64,000 bases of DNA from Octopus bimaculoides (Eukaryota): positions 45,828,545 to 45,892,544 of the forward strand of contig NC_068982.1 of assembly GCF_001194135.2 (NCBI RefSeq). The letters run 5' to 3'. Below the pieces are notes generated by a model. That model was given only the letters and a program-made list of their open reading frames with translations. It was not told the DNA's origin and did not search any database. Every line of letters begins with the position of its first letter. Position 1 is the first letter of the stretch. The position numbers and the translations under genes were made by a program. Below are positions 37,721 to 50,134 of the stretch, piece after piece.

Positions 37721-38963
37721 CACGTTATGACTTGATGCATTGACATAACAAAATATATTTTCCGACTTCATAATGGAATTCTGAATGAAGATTAGTTTAT
37801 TTATAAAGACGCAGTGAAAGTTTTGCTATCGTTTTCAATGTTAGATCACAAATGGAACATACATTTTCGCCTTTGTTGTTTGATTACACATAGGCTCGAT
37901 TACGTTTCAATCGCAAAATCTGAATTGCGTATATCTATATCTATCTATATATATATATACATATATAAATATGTGTATTGGAATGTGAGTATATTTATAA
38001 ATGTATATATTTATATATATATATATGTATATATATGTATATGTATATGNNNNNNNNNNNNNNNNNNNNNNNNNNNNNNNNNNNNNNNNNNNNNNNNNNN
38101 NNNNNNNNNNNNNNNNNNNNNNNNNNNNNNNNNNNNNNNNNNNNNNNNNNNNNNNNNNNNNNNNNNNNNNNNNNNNNNNNNNNNNNNNNNNNNNNNNNNN
38201 NNNNNNNNNNNNNNNNNNNNNNNNNNNNNNNNNNNNNNNNNNNNNNNNNNNNNNNNNNNNNNNNNNNNNNNNNATATATACATAAATATATATATATATA
38301 TACATGTATATATGTGTGTGTGTGTGTGTGTACACAAATGTTTGCATGTTTGTAGTATATGTGTATATTCTTATTTCTATCCTGTAATACCATTGGCAGT
38401 TTTGAAATTAGTTTTTCTGTTCACAGTTGTGTTCTTAACTCATTTCTTTTGCTAAATCCAATTAATCTTCTATCATTTACTTTCACAACGCTAAATGATG
38501 CAGCTAAGATAATCCACTAGAAAAGGGTTTTCCATTTCCCTGAAACTTGCACATTGTTCATGTGGAAACTACTCATAGCTCAATAAAATTGGATCAGCTT
38601 GAAACTGTGCAATTTTACATGCACTATATTTGGCATCCTTTGATAAAATGTGCAGTTAAGATAACGAATTCATAAAAGTGTGACACTCTAGATCCATAAA
38701 CATATATTCTTTTACTTGTTTCAGTCATTTGACTGCAGCCATGCTCGAGGACCGCCTTTAGTCGAACAAATCAACCCCAGGACTTATTCTTTGTAATCCT
38801 AGTACTTATTTCCTCGGGTACTTTTGCCTAACCTTTAAGTCACGGGGACGTATTCACCAACATCGGTTAAGCGATGGTGGAGGCACAAACACAGACACAC
38901 AAATACAAACACACACACAAACACACACACACACACACACATACACACACATATACACACACA

Positions 38964-39160
38964 GTTGAAATTTACAGAAAAAAAGACGAAGACAGGTGTA
39001 TAAGCAACAAGCAGGTGTATAAATTTTTTGACCCTCGAGAAGGTGAGAAAGTCTTTTACGTTTCGAGCCTACGCTCTTCAACAGAAAGGAACACAATGAA
39101 AACAGAGAGAGGGAGAGAGAATAAAAAACTTGTAGATTTAGTGGTCAATCATGGCGGATG
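38964..39160 (-). mobile_element. Short hammerhead-bearing element, copy 2 (nested in the SINE B microsatellite)
   Basis: Homologous to 520-715. Confidence 0.75.
39053..39088 (-). ncRNA. Minimal type-I hammerhead-like motif with variant core CUGUUGA
   Basis: CTTT-CTGTTGA-A-GAGC(gtag)GCTC-GAA-ACGT-A-AAAG: all three stems present, GUA triplet, A6 replaced by U. Confidence 0.62.
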
Positions 39161-40471
39161 GGCTTCTTTCAGTTTCTATCTATCAAATCCACCCACAAAG
39201 CTTTGGTCGGCCCGAGGTTAAGGTAGAAGACATTTGTCTGAAGTGCCTCGCAGTGGGACTAAAACCGAACCATGTGGTTGGGAAGCAAGCTTCTTACTAC
39301 ACAGCCACTCCTCTGTCTGTATATGTGCGATTATCTGTATGAGCTTACATATGTGTGCTTGTCTCTGTGTGTATCTACACATTTTCTTCCTATTTTGAGT
39401 TGGTAGTCAAAAACCTGTTCTGAACAGGTCCTCTGACATGTAAGTTATATTGGATGTTATCGGTTCAAGTACTCTTTTTAACCGACCTAGCGAGAAAAAC
39501 GCAGATGTATTTTGGGGGCTTTTCAACGCAGGGCTTAAAAGTGCCACTGACCCAAGTTATCATTACGCGTTTCGATGCATGATTTACTACTGTAATCTTC
39601 CCCATATGCTTCTGTGTGTGTCTGTGTGTCTGTGTGTATGCGTGTGTGTCTGTCTCTATGTGTGTGTATATGTGTGTTATCACAGTATCAAACGGACTAA
39701 GGATGTTGTACACCGCTGGTTAACAATGCACTTTCTCGCATTATCATAGTTTCAGAAAGATTCCTCCCCACTAGCTAGTCGGACAGGTCATGATTTGCCC
39801 TGAACATGTCAGCAGTCGGTCGCAGGGTTACCCATTTACAGGTGAATGAACTGGAGCAGTGTCACATGAAGTGCTGAAAAACTCTACATGTATTGAAGAC
39901 TTCATTCCCTCTAGACGGAGCAATGCACTTGTACACACACACACACACACACANNNNNNNNNNNNNNNNNNNNNNNNNNNNNNNNNNNNNNNNNNNNNNN
40001 NNNNNNNNNNNNNNNNNNNNNNNNNNNNNNNNNNNNNNNNNNNNNNNNNNNNNNNNNNNNNNNNNNNNNNNNNNNNNNNNNNNNNNNNNNNNNNNNNNNN
40101 NNNNNNNNNNNNNNNNNNNNNNNNNNNNNNNNNNNNNNNNNNNNNNNNNNNNNNNNNNNNNNNNNNNNNNNNNNNNNNNNNNNNNNNNNNNNNNNNNNNN
40201 NNNNNNNNNNNNNNNNNNNNNNNNNNNNNNNNNNNNNNNNNNNNNNNNNNNNNNNNNNNNNNNNNNNNNNNNNNNNNNNNNNNNNNNNNNNNNNNNNNNN
40301 NNNNNNNNNNNNNNNNNNNTGAGTATATGCATATATACATACATGTATGTACATAAACATGTATGTACATAAACAGAGCACAGAAAGCAAACATGCCACA
40401 TAGAGAACATTTCCTTCATCAGCTGCCCCTATTCTAAACTAAGCGTTTCGAAGAGTTAGGGCAACCTGAAA

Positions 40472-40508
<37 letters not shown>

Positions 40509-40772
40509 AGAAAAGATAATTATTACAGAATTTCATTGAAAACAAAGATGGTACTGCTTAGAAGATTTATGGTTAGGTGATATAAGGGATGCAAAGTGAT
40601 TTATTCAGTATTTAATTTGAATTTAGAACAATTACATTCATAATTAACCTATTATTGACTATTAAAAGGAAAGCAACGTTAGTTGAAGAGCGTTAAAGCA
40701 AGTACGCTGGATGCCATTGTTTTCTGCAAGATTATGACCTTTCGCGTTAGACAACGTTCTGTAAATACACTA

Positions 40773-41084
40773 GGCTTATGGTTAGGGTATTCGACTCATG
40801 ATCGTAAGGTCGTGAGTTCGATTTTCGGCAGTGTGTTGTACCCTTGAACAAACGACCTTAATTCACTTTGCTCCAATCCACTCAGATAGCAAAAATGAGT
40901 GTTATCCGCGTTTGAGTGCAGCAGATTTGTCATATTCTCCGTCTTAGTGAATCACCCTGAGAACCACGTTAAGGGTACGCATGTCTGTAGAGTGATCAAC
41001 TGCTTGCACGTTAATTTCACGAGCAGGTTGATACGTTGATAGGATCAACTGGAAACCTCGCCGTCGTAAACGACGGAGTGTCAA
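40773..41084 (+). mobile_element. SINE family A (diverged)
   Basis: GGTTAGGGTATTCGACTCATGATCGTAAGGTCGTGAGTTCGATT head; colinear body and tail. Confidence 0.85.
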
Positions 41085-42025
41085 ACTTCGTCCTAGCTGT
41101 GGAAACGATATCTAATACACACAAAGTCATTTTTCCCAAGTTCAACTCTATCTCTTGTACAAGTTATTAATCTCATGCTTTATTCAGCGATATGTGATAG
41201 GGAATATGAAAGTGCTAACATTCGAATATAAACTGGCATCAGAGGTTATAATGAAACGGAAGAAAAACTATTGAGATATACGCGTAAAGACGTTATTCAA
41301 AATCCAATTCAAATATTTGTCAGTGTTACCGTTGCTATTAATGCGATCACTTTTGTCGTACTTATGTAAAAATGCAGGTTTGGAGTTTGCTGAATGATGC
41401 ATATGCATTGGTTTATAAAATATCTGCTGGAATTTCCTCTACATAAAAGTGTCAAATAATCTTTACAAATTTTATAACCGGTTTGATTTATTCATTTATT
41501 TATTCATTTATTTTTTTCCTTCGCTGAAATATTTTCTTGGTGGCATTCTCTACTAAATGAAATATAATAAAATAAAAAAAGAAATAAAATAATATAAATT
41601 TCTAGTTTGAGTTTTTCTGAATTATTTGCTTTGAAGAAGTAGGATGTTTTCCCGCAGTTTCTTCAACAACACTGACTGTTTCTCCGTTAATGTTTACATT
41701 ATGTAACTGTAGTCAATGCCTAAGCTGTCCATATCAGCCAACACATTAAATGCCTTGATTGTCACTATTTTTTCACTTATAGACACAGACACACAGACAC
41801 ACACACAATGATAAGGAAAGGTAAGATGCAAGGATCCAAGTGTAGGAAGTTAATAAGCATCGAGCAGCCTATAGAAGGTATAAAAAGCAACTTTCAGAAA
41901 TAATAATGGTTTATTGGCATAGGAGGTTGTAAAGTTTTTCCCATATCGAAGTTCGATGAGCTGAAAAAAAGTTATTTTATTTGTACAAGGTTAGCAACTG
42001 GGGTTGCTATGTATTCTCTCTTTGT

Positions 42026-42422
42026 CTTTTACTTGTTTCAGTCAATTGACTGCGGCCATGCTGGAGCACCCACTTTAGTCGAGCAAATCGACCTCAGGAC
42101 TTATTCTTTGTAAGCCTAGTACTTATTCTATCGGTCTCTTTTGCTGAACCGCTAGTTACGGGGCCGTAAACACACCAGCATCGGTTGTCAAGCGATGTTG
42201 GGGAGACAAACACGGACACACAAACACACACACACACACATACATACATATATATACATATATACGACGGGCTTCTTTCAGTTTCCGTCTACCAAATCCA
42301 CTCACAAGACTTTGGTCGGCCCGAGGCTATAGTAGAAGATACTTACTCAAGGTGCCACGCAGTAGGAACGAACCCGGAATCATGTGGTTGGTAAGCAAGC
42401 TACTTACCACACAGCTACTTCT
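42026..42422 (-). mobile_element. SINE family B
   Basis: Full-length, close to 8824-9252. Confidence 0.92.
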
Positions 42423-42445
42423 GCGAATAAAAATCCCAAAAAAGA

Positions 42446-42755
42446 GAGAATGGCGCAGGTAAAATCCAGGATACATATGTTCCCTAGTTTGCAGAACCTT
42501 GGAAGTAATAAATACTCAACGAGAGGTACTCCACTAGCTACTCATCAGGCCGAATATACCTTAGTTAAATGAAGGTTACAATGTCACCAAGGGATTTTCT
42601 ATCAAATCTCCTGTAAATAATGTAACCTTCATTTAGCTAAGATATCTTCAACCTGAGGAGTAGCTAGTGGAATACCCCTCGTTGAACAATTACGACTTCC
42701 GATGTTCTGCAAATTAGGAAACATATGCAGTCTGGATTTTACCTGCTCCATTCCC
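42446..42755. repeat. Long imperfect palindrome (135-bp arms, 40-bp spacer)
   Basis: 42446-42580 versus reverse complement of 42621-42755: 22 mismatches, no indels (hand alignment). Confidence 0.93.
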
Positions 42756-42769
42756 TATATTTGTGCTTG

Positions 42770-43085
42770 ATTCAGTTATTAGACTGCGACCATGATGGAA
42801 CGCTACCTTGAAAGGTTTAGTTGAACAAATCGGTTCTTGCATTCAGTTTTAAAAGCCTTATTTTAGTTATTTTATCTTCTCTATTTACGAACCGTTATGT
42901 TACAGAAACGTAATCAAACTAACACCGGTTGTCAAGCGGTGAGAAGACATACACACACATACATGTTTCCATCTACCAAATTCACTCCCAAGGCTTTGGT
43001 TGGCCCGAAGTTATAGTAGAAGACACTTGCCCAAGGTCCGGCATAGTGGGACTAAACCCGAAACCACATAGTTACAAAGCGCAAA
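42770..43085 (-). mobile_element. SINE family B (old, degraded)
   Basis: GAAGACACTTGCCCAAGG, GGCTTTGGTTGGCCCG and ACCGGTTGTCAAGCGGT blocks in the correct order. Confidence 0.78.
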
Positions 43086-44165
43086 GATTTTGCTTTAATT
43101 GTAGCACTGGATAGAGGAATAAGCCTTCTTTCATTACAATTCTTACATACAGCACGAATACATCCCTTTTCTATCATTTAAAGGTTTACTTCTCTTATCG
43201 CTTTTTAGAATCCACATAAAGATGGCGCTAATTTATCTTTTTCTCTTTTACTTTAGTTGCATGTTATATTATAGTTCATACAGTGGATTCACGCATGACC
43301 AGCTTTCTGTCAACTTTAGAATTACTATCGTTGGACGCATTGCATTCTACCACTTCGAATTGAGACTCTAATGTAATATTAAGGCACTTCTTGCAGCAAA
43401 ATTATTTGTTGTACAAGTATTTTTTTTTCCTTATCTGCTTTCCTATTTCTGGAAGAAACGGTTATATAAATCCACAATAGCAGTTGTTTTTGAAAATTCA
43501 TAAATAACTAGTCATTTATCGCAGGATGACAGCGAATGGAAATTAGCCTGATGAGTCATCGGATCACATGAAGCGATGAGATTTTTATTTTCACCTTCAC
43601 CAAACACCAAAAAAGAAAAGCCAAGAAAAAGAAAAAAGCGGACGAATTCGAAAAGGCATGGAATATTTCACAAATTGGGATTTATATGTATGCCTGTGTA
43701 CAAGTATGTANNNNNNNNNNNNNNNNNNNNNNNNNNNNNNNNNNNNNNNNNNNNNNNNNNNNNNNNNNNNNNNNNNNNNNNNNNNNNNNNNNNNNNNNNN
43801 NNNNNNNNNNNNNNNNNNNNNNNNNNNNNNNNNNNNNNNNNNNNNNNNNNNNNNNNNNNNNNNNNNNNNNNNNNNNNNNNNNNNNNNNNNNNNNNNNNNN
43901 NNNNNNNNNNNNNNNNNNNNNNNNNNNNNNNNNNNNNNNNNNNNNNNNNNNNNNNNNNNNNNNNNNNNNNNNNNNNNNNNNNNNNNNNNNNNNNNNNNNN
44001 NNNNNNNNNNNNNNNNNNNNNNNNNNNNNNNNNNNNNNNNNNNNNNNNNNNNNNNNNNNNNNNNNNNNNNNNNNNNNNNNNNNNNNNNNNNNNNNNNNNN
44101 NNNNNNNNNNNNNNNNNNNNNNNNNNNNNNNNNNNNNNNNNNNNNNNNNNNNNNNNNNNNNNNNN

Positions 44166-44197
<32 letters not shown>

Positions 44198-44494
44198 TTG
44201 CACTGATTTATTAGTGTATTATATTTAGTTTTTAAAGTAGTGTTTTCCTTCTCATTTATGTATATGTCTTGCTGCCTACGGACCCTCACGTGTCGTTGTC
44301 CGTGTTTAGCCTTATAATTAAATGCAATGAATAAATAATTAAATGAACAATCCCTCTGAGGTCAAGTTGTTATTCATCTTCTCGTCATGGATAAAATGAA
44401 GTACATGTCAGGTACTGAGGCCTACAATATGAACCCTTCCTGTATCACCAAATTTCTCGCCTTGTGCCTCTGTGAGAAGCAATTCATTTGTGGT

Positions 44495-44945
44495 GGTTTG
44501 GCAGAATCGTTAGAACGTCAGAAGAATAAAAAATAATAATGGCTTGCCGTATTTCTTCTAATTCTTTGCGACCTAAGTTCAAATCTAGCCGAGGTCAACT
44601 TCATATTTACTTTTACATCCTCTGGAGGTCGAATCAAACTTATCAAATCGACTTTTTCCGACATTTTACGATCTGAATTTAAATCACGCCGGTCAACTTT
44701 ACCTATGTTAGCGTGGCTGTGAAGTTAAGAAGCTTTCTTCCCTATCATGTTGTCTTGGGTTCAGGTCCACTGCGTAGTATCTCGGGCAAGGCTCTTCGTC
44801 AATAGAAGAAGGTTCGGTAAAAGAGTCAGATATAATAAATACAAGTCTTGAAAAAAGTTAGTACTGCGGTCGATGTGTTCGACTAAGCTCTTCAAGACGG
44901 TGTCCCAGCATAGCTGCTGTCCAGCGACCGAAACAAGAAAAATGT
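44495..44945 (+). mobile_element. Cluster of degraded SINE C fragments followed by an internally deleted SINE B
   Basis: GGCAGAATCGTTAG and GCCGAGGTCAACTT (C); GTGGCTGTG...GGGTTCAGGTCCACTGCG and GGTGTCCCAGCAT...GAAACAAG (B, from about 44710). Confidence 0.7.
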
Positions 44946-44994
44946 AAATGATATTATTATTATAATTTAATATTTAATGTACTATTCTTACTGC

Positions 44995-45278
44995 AAGGCA
45001 GCGAGCTGGCACGCCGGACGAAATGCTTGGCGGTATTTCGTCTGTCTTTACGTTCTGAGTTCAAATTCCACAAAGGCAGAAACGTTAGCACGCCAGGCGA
45101 AATGTTTAGCAGTATTTCGTCTGTTTTCACGTTCTGAGTTCAAATTCATCCGAGGTCGACTTTGCCTTTCATCCTTTCGGGGTCGATAAATCAACTACCA
45201 GTTGCGCACTGGGGTCGATCTAATCGGCTGGCCCCTCCCTCAAAATTTCGGGTCTTGTGCCTAGAGTAGAAAAGAATA
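44995..45278 (+). mobile_element. SINE family C with a tandemly duplicated head
   Basis: Head with B-box at 44995-45070, then a second head from 45073 leading into a complete body and tail. Confidence 0.88.
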
Positions 45279-46365
45279 TACTATTCCTATTACAGTCTAG
45301 TATTTGATACACTAATTTACTTTGTGACTATTTAGCCCAAGTAGGCGTGTCATTCTTATTGTCAAATCTAGAACTAAATTATCTTATGTCTACTTGTATT
45401 TCAAAACGGCAAGATCAAATATGGGAGATATTTTGTTGTTCTTTTATCAAGTCGTGTGAATAAATTTTTCTTAACTACACCGAGTAACTCAGTTTCTTTC
45501 AAAAATTCGATTCATTAATGGGCTAGTTGTGTTATTTGTTCATACGTTTAATCCTGCAAAGCTAAACATAATGAATACTCGACGTTGTATTGTATTATGT
45601 GTTTGTGTCTGCGCGAGAGGGTGAGATAGCTAGATACGTAGAGAGAGAGAGGTGAGAGAGGAAGAGAGAGAGAGAAAGAGAAACAGAGAGTTAAAAAGAA
45701 ATACAGAGAAAACTTTTAATACTAAAGAAGCGTGTCATACGGTTTGCGCAACAGAACCATTCGGTTCAGCAAACTTGTGTATGTTCTATAAAACTACAAA
45801 ATACCAACTGCGCTTTCTGTATTTCATATTATTATATAACATGGCTCTAACTCTGCACACTTGCTTCTCCAACAATATGATGCTTAACTTCAGGCTGTGT
45901 GGAATATAGAAATGAAGTGTATAACTGTTCGCAGGGCCCAAAATTTTGGTAAGGTGTCGTACTCGCCAACAGAGTTTTAAATTGTACACACACACACACA
46001 GACGCACGCACGCACACACACAGACGTGCGCATGCACACACACACACACACACACAGACGTGCCATGTACACACACACGCACACACACATACACACAGAA
46101 GTGTGCACGCACATAAATGACGTAAAGATAAAAAAAATGAAATTCGATACTTCGTTCACAATAAAAACGTAATTATGTGATGGATATTGAAAATGCTCAT
46201 GCATATAATGGCATTGCTTGCCCTTTCAATCCATGATCGAACCGAGGGAGCTCCATTGTGATGAATGGTATGGTTTAGACATCTAAAGATGGCGGAGATC
46301 CTTCTTTTCAATTTCCAACCAAACTCGGTTTCTTCTTGACAGGAAAAAAAAAAAGGAGAATCGAT

Positions 46366-46514
46366 CCCGGTATTGGGTTGATAATTTATTTATCGATTAG
46401 GAAACGATCAAAAGCAATGCTGACCTCGGCAGGATTTAAAATATGAGGGAAGATTGTCAGAATAAATACTGCAGATATCCGACGTTTTAACAACTCTGCC
46501 AATACGCCACCTTT
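46366..46514 (-). mobile_element. SINE family C (very degraded)
   Basis: TTTATCGA, GCTGACCTCGGCAGGATTT and CTCTGCCAATACGCCACCTT blocks in the expected order. Confidence 0.6.
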
Positions 46515-47526
46515 GCTAACTTGTCAGAAATTCGAAAGGAAATATATATATATATANNNNNNNNNNNNNNNNNNNNNNNNNNNNNNNNNNNNNNNNNNNN
46601 NNNNNNNNNNNNNNNNNNNNNNNNNNNNNNNNNNNNNNNNNNNNNNNNNNNNNNNNNNNNNNNNNNNNNNNNNNNNNNNNNNNNNNNNNNNNNNNNNNNN
46701 NNNNNNNNNNNNNNNNNNNNNNNNNNNNNNNNNNNNNNNNNNNNNNNNNNNNNNNNNNNNNNNNNNTATATATATTCGTTCGATCCATAAAGCTTGCTAC
46801 ATCAATATAATGATACACACTTTCCAAGTATTGGCAAAAAAAGTATAGGCAAGTTGTCATCGTGGCTGGCGGCTGTGTCGAATGACTCTTTCTGCCTTAA
46901 CTGATCGAGCGGTTCTTTGAAGGAATGTATTTCAGATTTCCCTCTCCAGTAGTTTTGGTGAATTTAGTACGAAATGATGTCATTGTTTTTTTTTCTTTTT
47001 GGATATGTTAGGCTGATTTGAGTGTAACTTGGTTGCTATTTTCACCAGCGCAAATTACATTTTGTTGTTTGTTTACAACTCGTTACTTGTCATTTGTTAC
47101 GAAAAGCATTCCACTTGTGACCGTCCTGTCTTTTTAGAAATATCCAACACATGACCTAATGTGTTTTTTCCTTTCTAATGTGAGATGTGATTTAGTTTTG
47201 GCTGGACGAACGATGACTAGACGAAACTTCCTTTGCAGATAACCAAGTTCCGTTTCATGTGAATTTGCTTTTCTACTGCTCATCAGCCACTATATTCCCT
47301 TTATTTATTAAAGCATCCTTTAAATCTTAAGGTTATATAAACTCTCATGACGTCCTAAATGGAAAAAAAAACCCGTATCAAATAGACAAAATGCACACAT
47401 CAAAATGAACTAATACTTTCCGTCGTTCCTACACAAAGTTTAGTTTCCAAATTAGCCTATATGTTTCAAAAGGTTTTCATTAGAATTTAGCGAAAGAATA
47501 CTGTTTATATTACTCGGACTGGTATA

Positions 47527-47844
47527 CTCATTTTGATTGTTGACTTCACTACGTTTCGGCTGTTGTACGTTCCAGCCTTCTTCAGGTGTCTTGTGTTGAA
47601 CTTACTTGTTTCGGAATTTCGAACCTTACCCTTTATTTGATACACGGGATACACTGTTCTCATTCTGCAGAGAGCAGATTGAGAACAGAGGATCAAATAA
47701 AGAATGAGAAAAGTGTATCTCCGTGGATCAAATAAAGTGTTAAGTTAAAAATTCCAATACAACAACCAAGTTTAACACAAAACACTTGAAGAGGTCTGAA
47801 GCGTACAACAGCCAAAACGTAGTGAAATCAACAATCAAGGTGAG
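47527..47844. mobile_element. Palindromic pair of Penelope pLTR-like segments (~140-bp arms, 34-bp spacer)
   Basis: 47527-47666 is a diverged reverse complement of 47701-47844; shares GAATGAGAAC, AGGTTCGAAATT and CAAGACACCTGA.GAAGGCTGGA...CAGCCGAAACGT with the element at 25826. Confidence 0.85.
47547..47588 (-). ncRNA. Minimal type-I hammerhead ribozyme, core intact
   Basis: CAC-CTGAAGA-A-GGCTG(gaacgtacaa)CAGCC-GAA-ACGT-A/GTG; predicted cut after GUA, between 47550 and 47549; stem I is only 3 bp. Confidence 0.75.
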
Positions 47845-48204
47845 GACTAATACAAACCGTTTACATGATATAAATTCCTTGTATCATAAATATAGTATTG
47901 TATTAAGTAAAGGAATAAATACTACAATATTTTTGAAGTCTTTTGGGAGAAAATGAATCAGCAGTTGCTTTTACAGTTTCTGCTGATATCTAATCTGAAA
48001 TACTTACTACTCTGATCTGTCAGTATAGCATGAATCTTTCCTGTGGCTACAGCTTATCAGCCTATGTTACATTCGCATTCTTTTTTTCTGATTGTTGTTG
48101 TTGCTTTTTTTTTCGGCCACTGGACCTACAGGAAAGATTGGTTCTTATGGTCTGTTAGCCTTTGCATGGCTTCCTAGTTCGGCGATATTGATGCTGTTCT
48201 TAAA

Positions 48205-48580
48205 TCATTGAAAGTCAAAAGCTACAGAAAATTCATAAGCAAGGAGGCAGTTCCAAATAAGGAACGTTCTGGAAAGGAAGAATTGGGTGTAGTTATCAGC
48301 GTTAGGAATGTGACGTTGAACAAATTAAGGAAGGTTAAAGGAAGAGAAACGAGTGAGATGAGATTGTTCGAGGAAAGGTGACATAAGCCCAGTTAGCTCC
48401 AAAGAGCAACGGTAGAAAAGGTCGTGAGAGGAGACGGCGTACAGGTAAGCCAAAGGCTGGTGCGTGCCTGTGTATGACCTTTTGCAAAGCAGTCTGGTGG
48501 CCTTTTCATGAAATGGTTGAAAGATAGATCTCTTTGTTTTAGGAAGTACATGGAAAGTATATAAACCTTTCGTCACTGAT
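48205..48580 (-). pseudogene. Jockey/CR1-like LINE RT C-terminal fossil
   Basis: KATRLL...HQPLAY..AVSS..LFYR-CSLEL...TRFSS, then FLSRTFLIWNCL...FKNSIN, typical of the LINE post-RT region; frameshifted. Confidence 0.72.
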
Positions 48581-49619
48581 TCTTAAGACTAGGGAAACAG
48601 AAGTATTTTTAGAATTATTCAACCTCCGCAATGGTACAACGAAATGTCTGCAGCTTATTTTAATTGATGTTCCATTACTTCTCTCTTCAACTGGCCATTT
48701 CATCTGTCGGCTAGCTATGAGTGTTTCTAGCATGAACGTTTTAACATTTATACTTTCATTCACGTGTCACAAAAGCACTTATGTCCTTGTAAATATCAAA
48801 AGGATATTTCTCTTAATATCTGTGATGTTTGTCCATTTGAAGATGTGGAATGTAAAACTAAAATATCTGCCAGGGTAGAAAGATAATGCTGAATTCTCAA
48901 GAATACAATATAAATCAAGATAAGAGAGGTGTAAAGATTTGAAATCGTCAGATGTCTGTTTGCGTCAANNNNNNNNNNNNNNNNNNNNNNNNNNNNNNNN
49001 NNNNNNNNNNNNNNNNNNNNNNNNNNNNNNNNNNNNNCTCCTCCTCCTCCTCCTCCTCATTATCATCAATGGTTCAACATCTGTATTTCGACGCTAATAT
49101 CGATTGGATGTTTATACCATACACTATATCACAACTCATCTCAGTCTATTACCATCACAATTGTTAAGTCCAGCATTCATCACTTCTTGGCACATATTTT
49201 TTTTTTACCACTCTTCTGCTATCACATCAAACTATTTCTCCAATACTCATCATCCATTCACGTCACATGGAAATACTAATACAATTAACTCCCCTGTGCA
49301 TACTGCCTAATGCTCTTAATTCCCAGCTGCTCTTTCAGTTCACCTGTTTCCCAATTTCACATAAATTAATATTATGTAAGCAACGGAACATATCTGATGC
49401 ATTTCTTTCTTGCTTTTGCAGAGCACCAATATGCAACATCAGCAATCGGCAGTCTCACATAGTCTATCATACATTTAAAGCAAATTACTATATGTTAATA
49501 GAGATAACAGATCATCGAAATTAGTTTTCTCTTTCTTTTATATTGCAACTATGTTAATAATAACTATATTCAACTCATAAAAATTATATCATCTAGATAA
49601 CAAACTATTAATTTCAAAT

Positions 49620-49782
49620 TCTGGAACAAGACCAGCAATCTTGGGGAAGGGTGTAAGTCGAAAACATCGAGCCCAGTGTTCAACTGGTACTTATTTTATC
49701 GCTCCCAAAAGGATGAAAGGCAAAGTCGACCCTGGCGGAATTTGAACTCAAAGCATAAAGTGATACGAAATATTGCTAAACA
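49620..49782 (-). mobile_element. SINE family C (head incomplete)
   Basis: CAACTGGTACTTATTTTATCG...AAGGATGAAAGGCAAAGTCGACC...TTTGAACTC. Confidence 0.85.
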
Positions 49783-50066
49783 ACTTATCCTCCCAGATAA
49801 TAAAATATCAATAAAATTTAGCGGGCTATCTAAACATTTAATGGACATAAATAATTTGATAGCTCCTATTCTCTGCTCTTTCTCTGTGTGTAGAAGATCC
49901 AAATCTGTACTTCTTTGTCGCACTTGTGCATTTTAACATCCTGAACCGGGTGTGAAGTATTCAGTTCCTTCCGAAATACTCATTTTTTATATGTCACTGA
50001 ATGCCATTCATTAGTCTCATTCCCCCTCTCCTTTCTTCTCTCACACACACACACACNNNNNNNNNN

Positions 50067-50134
<68 letters not shown>

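Larger units (their letters stand above)
38709..39312 (-). mobile_element. SINE family B carrying a ~200-bp nested insertion
   Basis: 3' part 38709-38963 and 5' part 39161-39312 are colinear with other B copies. Confidence 0.88.

Noticed and set aside
43547-43575. CTGATGAGTC hammerhead-like start
   Set aside because: No GAAA after stem II
43219-46295. Two AAGATGGCG (YY1-type) motifs at 43219 and 46286
   Set aside because: Isolated 9-mers without promoter context
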